From NCBI GenBank assembly GCA_010909165.1, contig MU008188.1, positions 620,001 to 684,000 of the forward strand: DNA of 64,000 bases. Reading direction: 5' to 3'. Source of the stretch: Anthoceros angustus (taxonomy: Eukaryota; Plantae; Anthocerotophyta). Below are positions 23,257 to 36,588 of the stretch, piece by piece. The notes under the pieces were generated by a model, which made no database searches, was not told the origin of the DNA, and saw only the letters and a list, made by a program, of their open reading frames with translations. Position 1 is the first letter of the stretch; each line of letters begins with the position of its first letter. The translations under genes were made by a program, and so were the position numbers.

Positions 23257-24745
23257 TATAAATGATCGGAATTTCAAAACTCCCTGTTGGATTGTGTCTT
23301 TGAGTGATTTTTTTTGTTTTTTTTGCTAAGTTTGGTGTCAAAGCGAGCTAGGTTGTCAGTAGGAAGGGATATGTATACTTGAAAGTGTCCTTGGCCTACG
23401 GGTTTGAGTTGTTTCCTAGGTTAAATCATAATTGGTCCTTGGACCATGAACTCGATACTCCTTGGCCTTTGGTCTCGGAATATTTAATAAAAAGTCTATA
23501 TATGTGGGAAGGGGGTCCTCATATTTGGCAGAGGTTGCTAAGTCCATAGGCTAGTGGTCGAACCAACCGGGGCGGTGAGTTGGTGTGTGTGAGTGGCTAG
23601 GGTGTCTGGCTATGTTCGAGAGGCAGTAGGAGAAGCGGAAGGCGGTGTCGCGGAAGGAGAGTGGTAGTGGAAGCCGGCCAGCAGTCGGAGAATTTCAGGA
23701 GGATATAACCTAAGAAACTCGGAAGGCGGGGAGCAATGGCGCATGGCTGGCGGCGTCGAGGAGGCTGAGGCGGGCGTGAAACAAGCTGGGAGCAGGCGTA
23801 TGGTGAGCTGGGGAGCACCGTCTGCGAGGCGCGGGCGGCGTGAGGCGGCTTGAACCCTCATTGGTGGTGGGGAGCTCATGTTGAAGAAGGAAGTCAGCGT
23901 GGCTGACTCATGGTTGTGGAGTAGGAACCACAGGGGTGACTAAGTTGGAAATTATGCGAGCTATCAGCAGTTCGGTAGAGTAGCGAGGTTGTGGCGAGCA
24001 TGGCACCCAAGGCCCGAAATTTGACCGCCCAATGGCGAATATGAACCATTGGAAGGCTCGAGCGGAGGATTAGTGAAGGAGCTGGGGCTCGGGTTCATGG
24101 AGAAGAGATGGAACTATGTAAGCCTAGAGTGCGGGAGAGTTGTGATTGAGCCCTCCGGAGAGGAGCACTGGCCAGCTCAGTCAAGGCAGGCGTGGTTTGG
24201 GAACCCAATGGATGGTTGACGAAATGGTCTCTGCACCTCATGGAGTGGCGAGATGGCTCATTGCTTCTGCAACATAGAGCGGGATTATTTGTCGACCATT
24301 TCTTCTTTCTCCATGAGGTGGTCAAAGGGTACAAGGATTGATTGGGGCGGATTATTTTGACAAATTTGTGTGAGGAGGTGAACGACCTCCTTCCTTGCCT
24401 CCTTAATTTCGCCCTTCCTAGTTCACCTGTATGCACACTCTAACTGTTTGCCTGAGATAGAGATTGTGGCCTCCCTCCACATGTGGAAGCCAGTTAGGGA
24501 GGTGAAGTGGAAAGCGGAAGAGCCCAAGGAAGAGATAGAGGAGGGATCTGACAGCTGGGAGTCTGTGGCAACGGGAAGCTCTGGAGAGGAATAGGAAGTC
24601 GCCACAGACAAGAAAAGGAAGGCTGAGGGAGTCAGGCAAGGCTCAACAAAGAAGGGGAAGGTGGACGCGCGTGTCACCAGGTCGAAGGCAGGGGCCGCGT
24701 TGCACGAAAAAGCGAAGAAGATGAAGGCCAAGCGACAGATTGATT
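23257..24745 (+). mobile_element. Truncated Gypsy LTR (family B) inserted in the Copia-1 integrase
   Basis: Colinear with 59631-61000. Its start TATAAATGATCGGA is a transition-decayed form of TGTAGACGATCCGGA. Shares AAAAAGTCTATATATGTG and the internal ORF (FLHEVVKG, IVASLHMWKPVREVKW). Confidence 0.75.
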
Positions 24746-27700
24746 TGTCGGATGAACAAGCGGCCCTCCTCCTCCAGCGGCTCCACTCATGTTGCTCGTT
24801 TCGGCTGCTCCCGCTACTTCTGTGCTTCTTCTTCCCTCGGTGGACCAGGAAATCGATCGGGGTCTTTGGGTGCTGGAATTCTGAACCGACAGAGGAGTAG
24901 CGACCTCCCCTGTGGTCCGTCCCAAAAGATCGAGTTGAGCAGTGATACGATCGAGGCGTTCAGCCAAATCCTCCGACCAGGCCTGAAACTCCCCGCTACT
25001 GACGACCTCGTCGTCGCTGTCAGTTTCGCTGGAAGCGGATGTGGATTCACCGTCTTGCAAGGTCCAACGTCGTGGAAATTCCGCGACGGTCGCGGAGTGT
25101 GGGTCGCGCTCGGGGGAGGATGTCTCCTCCTCACTCCTCGACACCAACACTTCCTCCACAACTTCCTTCCTCTCGCTATCAGTAAGCTCCGCCCCTACTT
25201 CCTCCGATTCGTCCGTCCGTTGACCACCGTCCTCTCCTTGGTGCGTCGCGGAAAGGATGGCCTTTTCTTCGATCGCCCGTAGCTCGTTTTCGTCCTGCTG
25301 TCGACGGGTGACGGCAGCAGCAATTTCTTCTCTCAAACGATTCCTCCGTGAAGCTCGCAGGTCTCTTGCGGTGGCGTGTGACCTTCCGTTCCTCTTCTGG
25401 GTCTTCCCTTACGGACATCGCAAGCATCCTCATGTCCTCCAACCCCATGTTAAGAAGGAAGCAAATCACCACCTAGTGTCTCAACCATTCACCCCTATGA
25501 CAATTAGGGGCGTGAGCTCCCCTTCACAACATATGGTGACCCGGTCCCTTCTCAAACATTCAGCCTAGCGAAATCACAAAACTTCAAATTTTCAGCGACA
25601 AGTCCCGAGCGCCAAAAATGTGGAGGAAAACCGGGCTTCCTTCCCCTCTAAGCGGCCACACTTATCACTATCGCTTTCGTTGGGTTTCGTCCCATGAGAC
25701 TCGTGTGAAAGTTCGAGGTCTTGTGATGGCGTCGCTACTGCGATGACACAATTCTCGACCTTCTAAACAAGCAAGGCGCCCTCTACTCTCCCTCTTCGTG
25801 CACTTGCCTTTGCTCAGAAAAATCAATCCCAACCTCGACCGACATAGTTGCAGGCCACCGCTGAGGAGCCTATCCACAGGCGCCGGGGACCCCAGTCCAC
25901 GCAATTTTGTCCCTACTTCTAAGACCACTCTTCTCCACTCGGGGCCCTTTTACTTGCAGTTGGGATTCGTCCCTTAGGCTCTGCTGTGGCCTTCCACTAA
26001 CACCTACACCTCTAATCCTCTACTCATCTTCTCATCCTCTTCCTCCTATTCTAACCTCGATTCGGGCTTCTTGGTCGACTCGCCCTTTGCACAGGGGTCG
26101 CCTCCACCCGCAAGTTCTTCCTTGGGCGGTTGCTATGAGTTTGACACAGACGAGAACCTCCGAGTCTTTCCACCTGTAGTCTACCCTCAAGCCGAGTTCA
26201 CAGGCATTGCCACACACCCAAAGCAAAGCAATTTCCAGCAACCATTCACAAGGGAGCAACTCGTTTAGGCACTTGCGTGAGCAAGTCCTCCACCAAGCAC
26301 TCAGACCACATGACTTCCTCTCTACGAATGCGTTGGCTCCACGGCACGAAATTCCTTTACAAGGCAAAGGACTCGATGGTATGGAAGACATGATACTTTA
26401 CTTTGTGAAATCCTCCTCCTCTTATAGGAGGCCTTCCATACAACCTCCCTTAGGTGACCCTCTGGTCACCTTTTCCAATTCTATTATTTCCTACATGACA
26501 TTTAAGGCACATCTAATCTATGCGATCCTTGGTAAATTCTATTCTAGCCTTCACCTAAGATCATCCTTGGATGATGTCCTACCTATCCTTCCATTCCCCA
26601 AAGCTCATTTATGGTCATTGACCATCTAGTCCTTCACCTCTGGGGTGCAGCGTGTCTTTGTGGATTTTCCTTTGCTCTTCCTTCCCGGATCTTGTCTTCC
26701 TAATGTGTGGGGCAAGTACAATCTGCCCCTTCCTCCATCTCAGGCGGCGCCACATTCCTCCATCGTCCGGCAATCGCGCCCCGCGCAGCGCCTTTTCCAG
26801 CTCCCGCTGGTCGCGCCCTTTCGGCACCCTACCGCGGTAGTCGCGGACTACGGGGTAGTGACTTCTACCATGGTGATCGGCCCCTCCTTCTTCCCTTCTC
26901 CCCGGTGATCTCTTGGGTTGGAATCCTTCTTGCTCCTTCCTGTTGTTGATTTGTCCATACCTATCATGGAGCATTTCTCAAGACTTCCCCATTGTGGCGA
27001 TGTCCACTAACTTCTCCCTTGGTTGGTCTCCTCTCCGCCCGGCTCTCCCTTGTGGGGTGAGGAATTCTCTCCTCCCTTGGCGGATCGGACCGTCCTTGTC
27101 TCCCTGGGGTTGTCTCCCCCACCACCTCTTCTCCTCAGGGGTATACTCGGACCCCGGCTCCTTCATCCAGCGGGCCCCGACTCCCCAGAGCTCGCGCCGG
27201 CACCCTACCGGTAGTCTGGCGGACTACGTGTGGGTGGTTGTCTGCAGTAGTCTGGCGGACTACCGTGGTATGGTCACCACCAGTGGTAGGTGACCCCAGG
27301 GGGCTTTCCCCCTCCTTGCTCTCGCGCCCTTCCTCTTTGGCGCGGTCCTCTTCTCCTGACTCCCAGTTCCTCGGAGTCCATGTCCGATGGCCTCATCAAA
27401 ATCGGAGGCCTCACTGCTGTTGCAGCTCCTTCCATCATCATCATGAGGACCCTATGTCCTCCTCTTGGCCAAAGCAACACCTCTTGTTGGCCTTCAAAAT
27501 CTATTGTGGAGGTGAGCCCCAAGCTGTAATGCATTTGGAGATCATCAATCTCGTGGGCCACTCTCCATCCTCACACCTACCCTTGTAGGCGTCCCTTGAG
27601 GTGGTCAATTCTCCCACCTTGACATGGAGGTCACATTCTCCTCCCCTTCCTCTTTGGTGGCCAATTTTGCTGAAGGGCATAATCACTTAAAATCTTCTTC

Positions 27701-30467
27701 CTCACCTACCCATCCTATGTACCACTTTCTTGTGGTGCTCCTCCTCTGGGACCTCCTTTTCTTCCAGTCCCTTTGTTGGGCAAGCCTTCCTCTCCGCTTG
27801 CCAAGCATCTCTCGCTCCAGCTCACAATTCTTGGTCTTGAGCTCCAACCGCTTCTCCTCCAAAGTCAATTCTCCTCCTCTTCCATGTCCGGATCTTGATG
27901 GCTTGGTAGCCATCACTGCTCTGTGCATCCATTCTTTGGACCTTCTCCTTCCTGAGCCTCCTTTTGCCCTTCGCTCTTGCTCTAATTGGGCAAAATGCTC
28001 TTCCTCTTTTGCCTCCATGAGTCTTTGGGTTGTTGCCGAATGGCTCTCTTCTTTGAGCAACCTTCCCTCAGGACCTTCCTCTTGATCACAAGGATCAGCG
28101 GAGCTTCTCCTGACCTTTTTCCCCTTCTCCTTCGGACTCCATGGCTGTTGCCACCTCCTCTTCATCTGGGCCTTGACTTCCTCCTACATGCCCACAAGGA
28201 GGCTGCTAGTTCTTCAAAATCTGCAGTGAGTGCTTCACAAGCACAAACTCCTAGGGCCCAAATTCTTTCCCCTTGTTTCTCAAATCCAGCTCCTCGGGCC
28301 AGCGTGGGGTCCTCGCTCATCTCTCCACCCAGCGGAGATGGTGGCCTGGGCGCCCTTGGCGCCTCATGTTCTTCTCCTTCCCTTCCTACGCATTGGCTGC
28401 TTCTGGCGTGGGGTGCCTGCTCTGTGTGAGGTGCTCCCCTACCGGTGGTGCCTACCCGGTGGCGCCTACCCACTTGGGTGGCGCCTCCCAGGTAGGGCTG
28501 CCTCTTCCTAGGCACAAAGAGATGGTGGGGACTCCCCCCACCCTTGGTCACCCCTCCTGTAGTCCTCCTCTCATAGACTACCATTCGGCCTCCTCGGCGG
28601 GACCTTGCTCCTCCTCCTGCTTGCTCTTGGGAGAAAGATTCCCACTCGGCAACCTTGTTGCCTCTACTTCCCTCGCCCTTGGTCAGCATGCTTGTGGAGT
28701 CGACCTCCCATTGTCTTCCTCAGTGCAAAGGCCTTTCCAAGCTGGAGGTGGATTATCTCAAAGGATGCCAAGCATCTTCAACTCCTTGCTTGTGAGTCCC
28801 TCGGTTTCCCACAAATGCACCAAATAGGTGCTAAGATAGCCTTGGCCTTCCTCATCCACGAATTTGGCTTGAGGAGCTTCTCCCTGGTGGATATGCCTCA
28901 TACATGATGGTGCATCAAACGGCTCCTCGAAATCTTCCACAAAATTGGAGGAAGTTGGTGAAATAAGAAGTCGTTGGTAATTTACCAACAACACAATCTT
29001 TGCAAGAGCCTCCACTTGACTCCTTGATGCTCTCGGTCTTCCAGCCATTCTTGGCATGGGCCTTCACTCCTCCATCCATCATGTCGAGGACTCTGCGGAA
29101 TTTCGGAGGCTCCTCTTCCCTCCATTCGTCCTCGAGGAAGCAATTCCAGCTCTCCTCCTCGGTCTCCATACACTGTCGAATGCTCCGGAGTCCAGGTGAG
29201 GATCCGTTCATTCCTCTCGGTGGCGGGGCTGCTTCGATTGATGGAGGTTGATATGTAACACTCCTCAATCAATTCCAAATTGGTGTAGGCCCATTGGCGG
29301 CCATACCCATCCCAGTGGATGTTCTCCTCCTCCCCTTGCTTGAAATCGGCCAAATCCACAGGGTTGAGCGCCCAAAACAAGTGAATTGGGGCATCTCGCC
29401 TCACCCCTCACGGCGTGGCCTCTGCTGCCTTCTTTCCTTGCGAGGAGGCCCTTGGCGGTTCCTTCCTTGCCTTTTCCCCTCGAGGCATGGTGCGCCCTCC
29501 AAGTGCTTCAGGAAAATTTACTCCCCAAATCGAAGCTTCTTCCCAATTTGCCTCCTCCACTCTCACCATGGCCTCACAAACAATCACACACTGTTAGCCT
29601 GACTCACTCTGCCGCCTTCTTCCTCTTCTTCTTCTTTCGGATGTCTCCACAATTTGCTCGCGCTCTCGCGACTTCAAGTTCGCCCTCACCTCGCTCCGCC
29701 CTCGGCTCCCCGATTCCCCGGCACTCACGCTCTTCCCGCATTCCTTCACGCCCCCTCGGTGCTCAGCTCTCGGCTGATGTCCTCTCTCCTCTTGCTCCAG
29801 CTAGGGTTTCTTCCTTCGCTCCAGCTCGCGCGCTGCTTCTCTCACGCTTGTAGGTGGCGACAGCGATGGCGATGGCAGCCTTCCTTCCTTCCACTCTTAC
29901 GCTCCAACTCCAGCTCCAGCTCTAGCTCTTCGCGAAGTGGAGGAAGCGCACTTTGCCCTCCTTGGATGACTGCCACCTGGAGGTTGCACAACCCTAGATT
30001 TGGTTCATCATTCCAAAATCCTAATCCTATCTAAACTGCCTATTTTCCTATCCTGCCCGCTATCCCTAATTAATCGCTTCCTAATTACTCTATACATTTA
30101 TTCCCCTATTGGTGAGCATATATAGTGGATATTCCCCCCCTATTCTAATTTCCTTTTAGCGAGATCTTGTCGACCTACCATGATAATACCTTACCTGGTA
30201 CGCTCTTTTCGCTCGGCCTACCGGTAGTGTGGCGACCTACGGTGATGTCACACCTAACCTTTGACTGCCCCGTCTCGCCTAGGGGTCATTTTGACCCGTT
30301 CTTTTCTGGATATCCTCTTGCCTTCCTAACAATATCCTACAACTCCAGCTTCAAGATTCTGAGAAAATTTCTGGCATGCTCCTCTTCAATCGTTTTAGCC
30401 AAAAAAATCAAACTTGTTTGTCTTACGGCTCTTTTGAATTTGGTTGCCCAAACTTTTGCATTCCACA
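24746..30467 (-). mobile_element. Athila/Tat-like Gypsy element A: ~4.85 kb 5' LTR (25619-30467), PBS tRNA-Asp and start of the gag region
   Basis: Termini TGTGGA...TCCACA. Damaged PBS at 25603-25614; the duplicate has the intact form at 43353-43370. TATA near 30115-30125. ORF remnants inside the LTR (RQWAYTNLELIEEC, YLSTYLVHLWETEGL, coiled coil). Confidence 0.8.
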
Positions 30468-33066
30468 GTCATTATCAGGTATGCCCTTGAACACAAGGGT
30501 CTGAAGGTCTGTCTTTTTGTAGAAAAGAGCGGATATCATCCATATGACTCATATTGTGAAGTTGCATCGGTTTGCTCGAGAGACATCAAATTCTTGGCCA
30601 TGGTGGGACATAAAAGCACGTCTTCAAGGGTAAGTTGGATTGAACCATCGTGCAAGGTGAACTTACATGTCCCATGGCCTCGTATTTGCAGGCTCGTCTT
30701 GCTTCGTTCATCACCGAGAAGCACCTTGTCAGCACTCAGGCTAAGGGTTAACGTGAAGAACTGTTCTTTCTGTGTACATATGTGTGAGGTGGCGCCAAAA
30801 TCAAGGTACCAGCTGCCTACCTCATACCATGCGCTTGTGAGACAAACTGTAAGGATCTTCACAGTAGGTTTGGTATCACCTGTTCGTGTCTCCTTGATGG
30901 CGACTGTGGCAGTGCCTTTCTGAGTACGTTGAGGTTCTCTTGCTTTCTTTTTCTCACATTCCCTTGCCCAATGGCGATACCCGATTGCGGTTTTCACAGT
31001 CGTTTGGCGAATTGAAGATGTAGAATCGGTCTCCCTCCAGCCTTTTGCTTTTCCTTTACTCTTGTTGGGCCCTACACCTTAGTAACACCTTTTTACGCCT
31101 TTTGCCTAAGGGCGGCGAGATAAAGGGCTGCTCTTCACAAGGCACCAATCACATCTTCCACGGTGGTGCTAGTTGAGAAATGTGATGAAATGGGTCCGTT
31201 CGAGTTGTGACAAGCACGATAGGATGGAGGCAAGGCGAGAGCTTTGGACTTGACTGCACTTTATCGCGATCAGGGAAATGTCAGCTCGAAGAGGTATCAA
31301 ATCGTGGCGTGTGTTGACACTTTATCTCCCTCCTTCATCCAAGTAATGTAAGTACTCCATTTGTCTGCGCTAGGACATCATGTTTATTCTTGTCGTCTTT
31401 TCAAGTGAATGGCGTGATTCCCCGAACTCAATGTGGACAAGATCATGTCAAGTCCATTTATGAGCGAGAACCGCCTATGCTATTACTTGATCCCATTTTG
31501 CAATTTCATCTGCGTAGGTTTGGGATTGCCATTGGGATCCCGCATATGTCCCAACAGCGGGCGGACTCACGAGCCAAAACATGGCTCTCATGCGTGCCCA
31601 CACACTATATTTTGACCATTAAAGCGGTCTTTCTCCTTAGTATGCGGTGGTGATTATGGTGCCATTGCCATTGTGTTTATGCTTTGTGAGGGTTGGCGGG
31701 TTGTGAGTATTGATGCGAGTTCGATGATTGGGCTGCGCACCAATTCAGCAATGCATCTATCGATCCTGCGGACATAAAGACCTATTTGAGCGTCTGATAA
31801 AAGGCTCGACAATTGGTAAGAATCTATGTGTTGGCGGATGTGTCTATGTGTGACTAACAATTAGGGAAGATCTAATGATGGCTTAGCTTGGGCAGGTGTG
31901 GTACACAGGGCTGCATGCTAACCTCCTTCAGTTCTTCACAGCATGGTTGCAAAGGGTGCACACAAAAAGCAAGCGTTAAGCCTTTTCAATTCTAGGTTAG
32001 TAACAATTCATTTTTTTTCTTTTGAAAACAAGCATGTACATGAAACCCTAACTATCATGCCACCTACATGTACAAGGTGTACATTGGCTGACCCGATGAC
32101 ATGTAGGAGTAACAAGGAAAGGAAGGGACACACCATTTCAGGTGCCTCTTCAAATCTAGCACCAATTTGTGCCTGCGTCTGGTGCTCCAGGCTCCCTCGC
32201 CTTCAGCGTGAGCAATTTCATAGAACTTGGGGTGGCGGATCCATGGGCCGGTCGCTTCTTTCCATTGCCATCCTCAAATTCTTTGCAAAGTTGAAACTTT
32301 GATGTCTGTCTTATTTCGGTGTCTTTGGATGGCGAGATCTATCGCAGATCCAATTCTTCCACTCTATTCTGATAAGTTCTTGATTTGAGATAACCAACGA
32401 CAGGGATTTCTCCACCACGATAAACGTAGCTAGATTTGTCGATGCTGCTCCGCTACTACTTGGTGGTGATCCGTATATACGGAATTTGCGGTATACAAGC
32501 GGGTGGTGGATTCTCCGGCGCTTGTATACGAGCCGTCGGGGTTTATCCCTCTCCTCAAACAGCGAGATTTGAACTCAGTGTCAACAGCTTGATTTTAATC
32601 GGGTTGTTGAGAAGGGGCTTAGAAGTCCACGTGAATGTTTATCTGCAAACTTCCGTAGCCAAAGATTAGCGTAGTCCTGGAGAGATCTGTAGCTTCTTTT
32701 AGACCCGGTTGTGGTTGTTGTTGAGGTATCTCCCTCGACCACCTCGGCCTCTCTTGCTCAGATCCCTGTTAGGATTACGTGTCCTCGGCATTCTCAAAGG
32801 ACTTGATCAAGTAGCAGAGCATGAGGCTCTGATACCATGTGAATTTACGGGCATGAGATATGCACGTATTTGTGATCGAGAGCTGAGAGGGAATAGAGGC
32901 ACGAGACTCGGATGCACAAAATTGATTGAGTAAATAAACAAATGTCTCAAGCATGTTTTATACTAAACCCTAATATCGAAAAGATATATAAGTAATTCTA
33001 TATATGTCCAACCCTAACCAAGCATAACTGACTTAAGCATAGTCCAGGGTTAACTATATTTTAACA
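30468..33066 (-). mobile_element. Ty1/Copia element 2: 5' LTR 32838-33066, PBS tRNA-iMet, gag-protease; interrupted by Gypsy A
   Basis: GCTCTGATACCA at 32826-32837 (reverse PBS). LTR reads TGTTAA...TTCACA on the minus strand. Protease WYLDFGATSHIC...LEDVLLCPTMAKNLMS. Confidence 0.92.
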
Positions 33067-36000
33067 CCGACTTCATGATGAACCAACAGCAACTGGTGTC
33101 GCTTCGACAGTTATTGAGGGACAATCCGAAGTACCGGCAGGAAGTTTGGCGGGCCATCAAGGAGACACAACCACGCCGAAACACTCCGGGTCGTAAGACC
33201 AAACCCGTGGAGGTAAAGGTGGTATCCCATACAGATCCAGGAGCGCCGGTGGTTCAGGTGGAAATCGCTGGGTGCGTAATCAAAAACGTACCCCTGGACA
33301 CGGGTTCGGGAGTCAACCTCATCACGGAGGCCACAGCAAGACGTTTGGGGTTCACGGCGTTTGAGCCCTCTACCAAAACTCTCAGGATGGCGGACATGTC
33401 GAGGCAGCGGAGAGAGTTGTCCGAGTCAAGCAACCATAGCGAGGGCACCCTACACATTGGACTTCGTGGTCATCAAGCCCGCGGACCTCAGAGTGCGAGT
33501 CTTGTTGGGGCGTCCACGGCTCGGACTCGCTCGAGACAAAACTACACTTGGGAAGGAGATCCATTTCAAACCGGTTGATTGGGATCGAAGGTAAGGAAGG
33601 CGGTAGCGATCACACGGAGCAAGGACACATCTGCGGAAAGCAATGCACCGGAGGTACACACCCGCGAGGATAGTGGGAGCATGGAGCGAGAGGATCTGGA
33701 TGGCCTTTCCAAAAATCTCGTGGTCAGAAGGAGATGGACTAGGAGGGGCTTTGGGAGGTCATCAATATTTCGGTGGAGGGCGCCAAGCCAAGGGGCGAGA
33801 GCAGGAAGACCCACGAGCGAGGCGAACTGAGAAGTGACCCGTTTACTTGACGAGCTTTTCGAGAGTGGGGATGAGGATGAACCTCGGATGGAGGATGAGG
33901 GTTTTGGAGCGTGTGAAGCTGCGAGGGAAAGGAGCAGTCAATCCGGACGATGTGGAAGATGTGGAGGTCACCTTGAGTCCTAAAATTCCGGAAGGTATGC
34001 CGGTAGTTGAGCGAGACCTCACCGACGTTGGGGAGTTCGGTATTTTGCTTTCAAGGTCACGGATATGAAGGCATTAAAAGCGATGGGGAGAACACGGATA
34101 GACCTAAGCGGGTGCGGTGCTGTTCGGATTAACGATGCTCTGAATCCCAAACACTTTGAAGGTCAAGGAGGTCTGGACAAATATTTGGGCGGACATCATC
34201 TTTCCGTCGTAAGCAGTGAATGGGTAGCACCATTGTTGTGGTGCCAAAAGCGGCGGAGTTCGTGCGCGGATTGGAGGAAACTCAATGCACGCCAGAGGAC
34301 CACTTCCCATGCCCTTCGTGGATGACATCTTGGACAAGGTGGCGGACGTGGTACTTACTCCTTCCTAGATGGATACTCCGGCTGCAACCATTGCGCAGAG
34401 GTCGGTTGGGACAAGACAACGTTCACAGCGGAGTGGGGCGTTTCCTACAAGAAGTGCCTTGGGATGGAGGGCGCCGGGGTTATTCATGCGGATGGTAACC
34501 AGCGTTTCCGGGATTTCTTGAGGACTTCATGGAGTATTCTGGGCGACTTTGTGTGCGGAGAAGAGGACAACACGGGGCACTGAAGTGCTTGGGCGTTGTA
34601 GGAAACCGTGCCTACATCCGAATGCTATTTTGGCATGTGAGGGAATCTTCTTTGGGGCACGGGTGTCGGCACGAGGGATAGAGGTAGACCAAGACAAAGT
34701 CCGGGTCATCCAGTCCATGCAGCCGCCCACAAATCTGAAGGAGTTGGGGGATTCTTAGGCATAGTGGGTTATTACAGGCGGTTCATTAAGGACTTTGCGA
34801 GCGTCTTTGTAAGCTAAGAGTTGCTCGGAAGGAGGAGAGGAGTGGGCACACACGAGAAGGGAGGCGTTCGAGGATTTGCAGACCACCTTCATAAGTGCTC
34901 CAGTATTGAAGGGTCTGGACTGGGGTAGGCGGTTTCACGTATATGTGGATGTGTCAGCATTCGCCATCGGAGTGGTGCTCAGCCAAAAGGATGACAAGCG
35001 GAGAGATCATCCGATCTACTACGCTGGAAGGCTCACATACCGAGCAGGTACACTACCACCGAGGGCAGCGGGCATGGTGTCTGTGATCAGAAATTCAGGC
35101 ACTACCTCCTACCCAACGAGTTTGTGTTCTATGTGGACCATTTTGCGCTCAAGCATATCGTGAATAAGGCGGACCTGTCCGGACAAATTGCGAGGTGGAT
35201 TGACCTCCGGGGTTCACCTTTGAGGGGAGACCAGGCGGGCGGCAACATCAAAGCAGACTTTCCTGTCGAGATTGAGGGCGGTCTTGCAGAATCGGAGGGC
35301 CTTTCAGACGAGGCAGTAGCCACAATGGGCGGCGGAGAATGATCGAGCGCAAGCTGGACAACATACCTGGCGAAGCGAGAAGGGAGTAGCCGTGGGGCGC
35401 CCACTGAGGCTGGGCAGTACACATGGGAGATGGAGATGCAGGCGGATTGACCCGGACCCAGCAACAGGCCTTTGTGCACTACGCTTGCCCGTTTCGGATG
35501 TACAATGGATGCGTCTTCAAGGTGGGGCCGGATGGAGTTGAGCGGAGATACCTCCAGGCGGAGCGAGGTAGTAATAAAGGGATGCATGAAGAGGCGGGGG
35601 TGGACATTGTATCAGAGTCACCAAAAAAGATCTTGGAGGCGGATAGGTGGCCCACCATGTATGGGGAAAGCCGATTAAGTAAGCGATGTGATGCTTGTCG
35701 GTGGATCGGAAGCCTACAATGACTCATGGCGTTGGTGCCCATCGGCACTAGCGCCTTTGAAAAATAAGTATCGACCGTCGGACCTATCTGACCTTGGCAC
35801 ACACAAAGAGGTACATCCACGGTGGCAGCGGACTCTTGCACCGGTGGGTGGAAGCAGTGGCAACAAGGACGGACTACTGCAAGCATGGTGGCAAAGTTCC
35901 TCTCTGAACATAACCCTTGGGTATGGATATGTGCAGTTGAGTAGCGATAGGACCATTTCCTCAATGATGTAAATTTGCAATGACGGACTGCCCGGTATAA

Positions 36001-36588
36001 CTCATAGTGACGACACCACGAAGGCCAATAGGTTGGCGAGAAGACCAGCGGTCTTATGCCCGCATCTGAATAAGCTCACGGTTAATTATGCGCACGACTG
36101 GGATACCAAGTTGCCATCGGCGCTATGGGCCTTGAAGACGGCGGAGAAAGTAACCACACAACAAACTCCGTATTACTTAACTTATGGGCATTCTCCGGTT
36201 ATGCCGGTTGAATTTGAGGTACTGACGTTCCGAGTCATGATGGAAGGACGGCTAACCGATGAGGAAAGCCAATTGGAACGGCTACTAGGGTTTGTACAGC
36301 ATACGGAGGGGCGGGAAGAGGCTCAGCACAGGATGCAGCTGGTGCAAAATCAACGCAAGGTGGCACGACAGGCAACTCCGGAACCAAGAGTATGTGAAGG
36401 AGGGAGATCTGGCCCTTCTTTATGACAGTCGCCATATGCATTTCCCGGGCAAGCTTCACTTACGGTGAATGGGACCTTACCAGGTGGTGCAGGTATATGA
36501 GAACGGGTCCGTTCAACTCAGGCAATTGGATGGCGAGCTGTTGCCCACTCGGGTAAACGGGTGGCGGGTGAAGAAGTACCATGCCTAG
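33067..36588 (+). mobile_element. Ty3/Gypsy (Athila/Tat-like) pol: protease, RT, RNase H, integrase; frameshifted
   Basis: VPLDTGSGVNLI; DWRKLNA...DHFP..FVDDILDKVA...SFLDGYSG; FHVYVDVSAFAIGVVLSQ...HPIYYA; DWDTKLPSALWA...TPYYLTYG; GPYQV...RVNGWRVKKYHA*. Confidence 0.95.
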
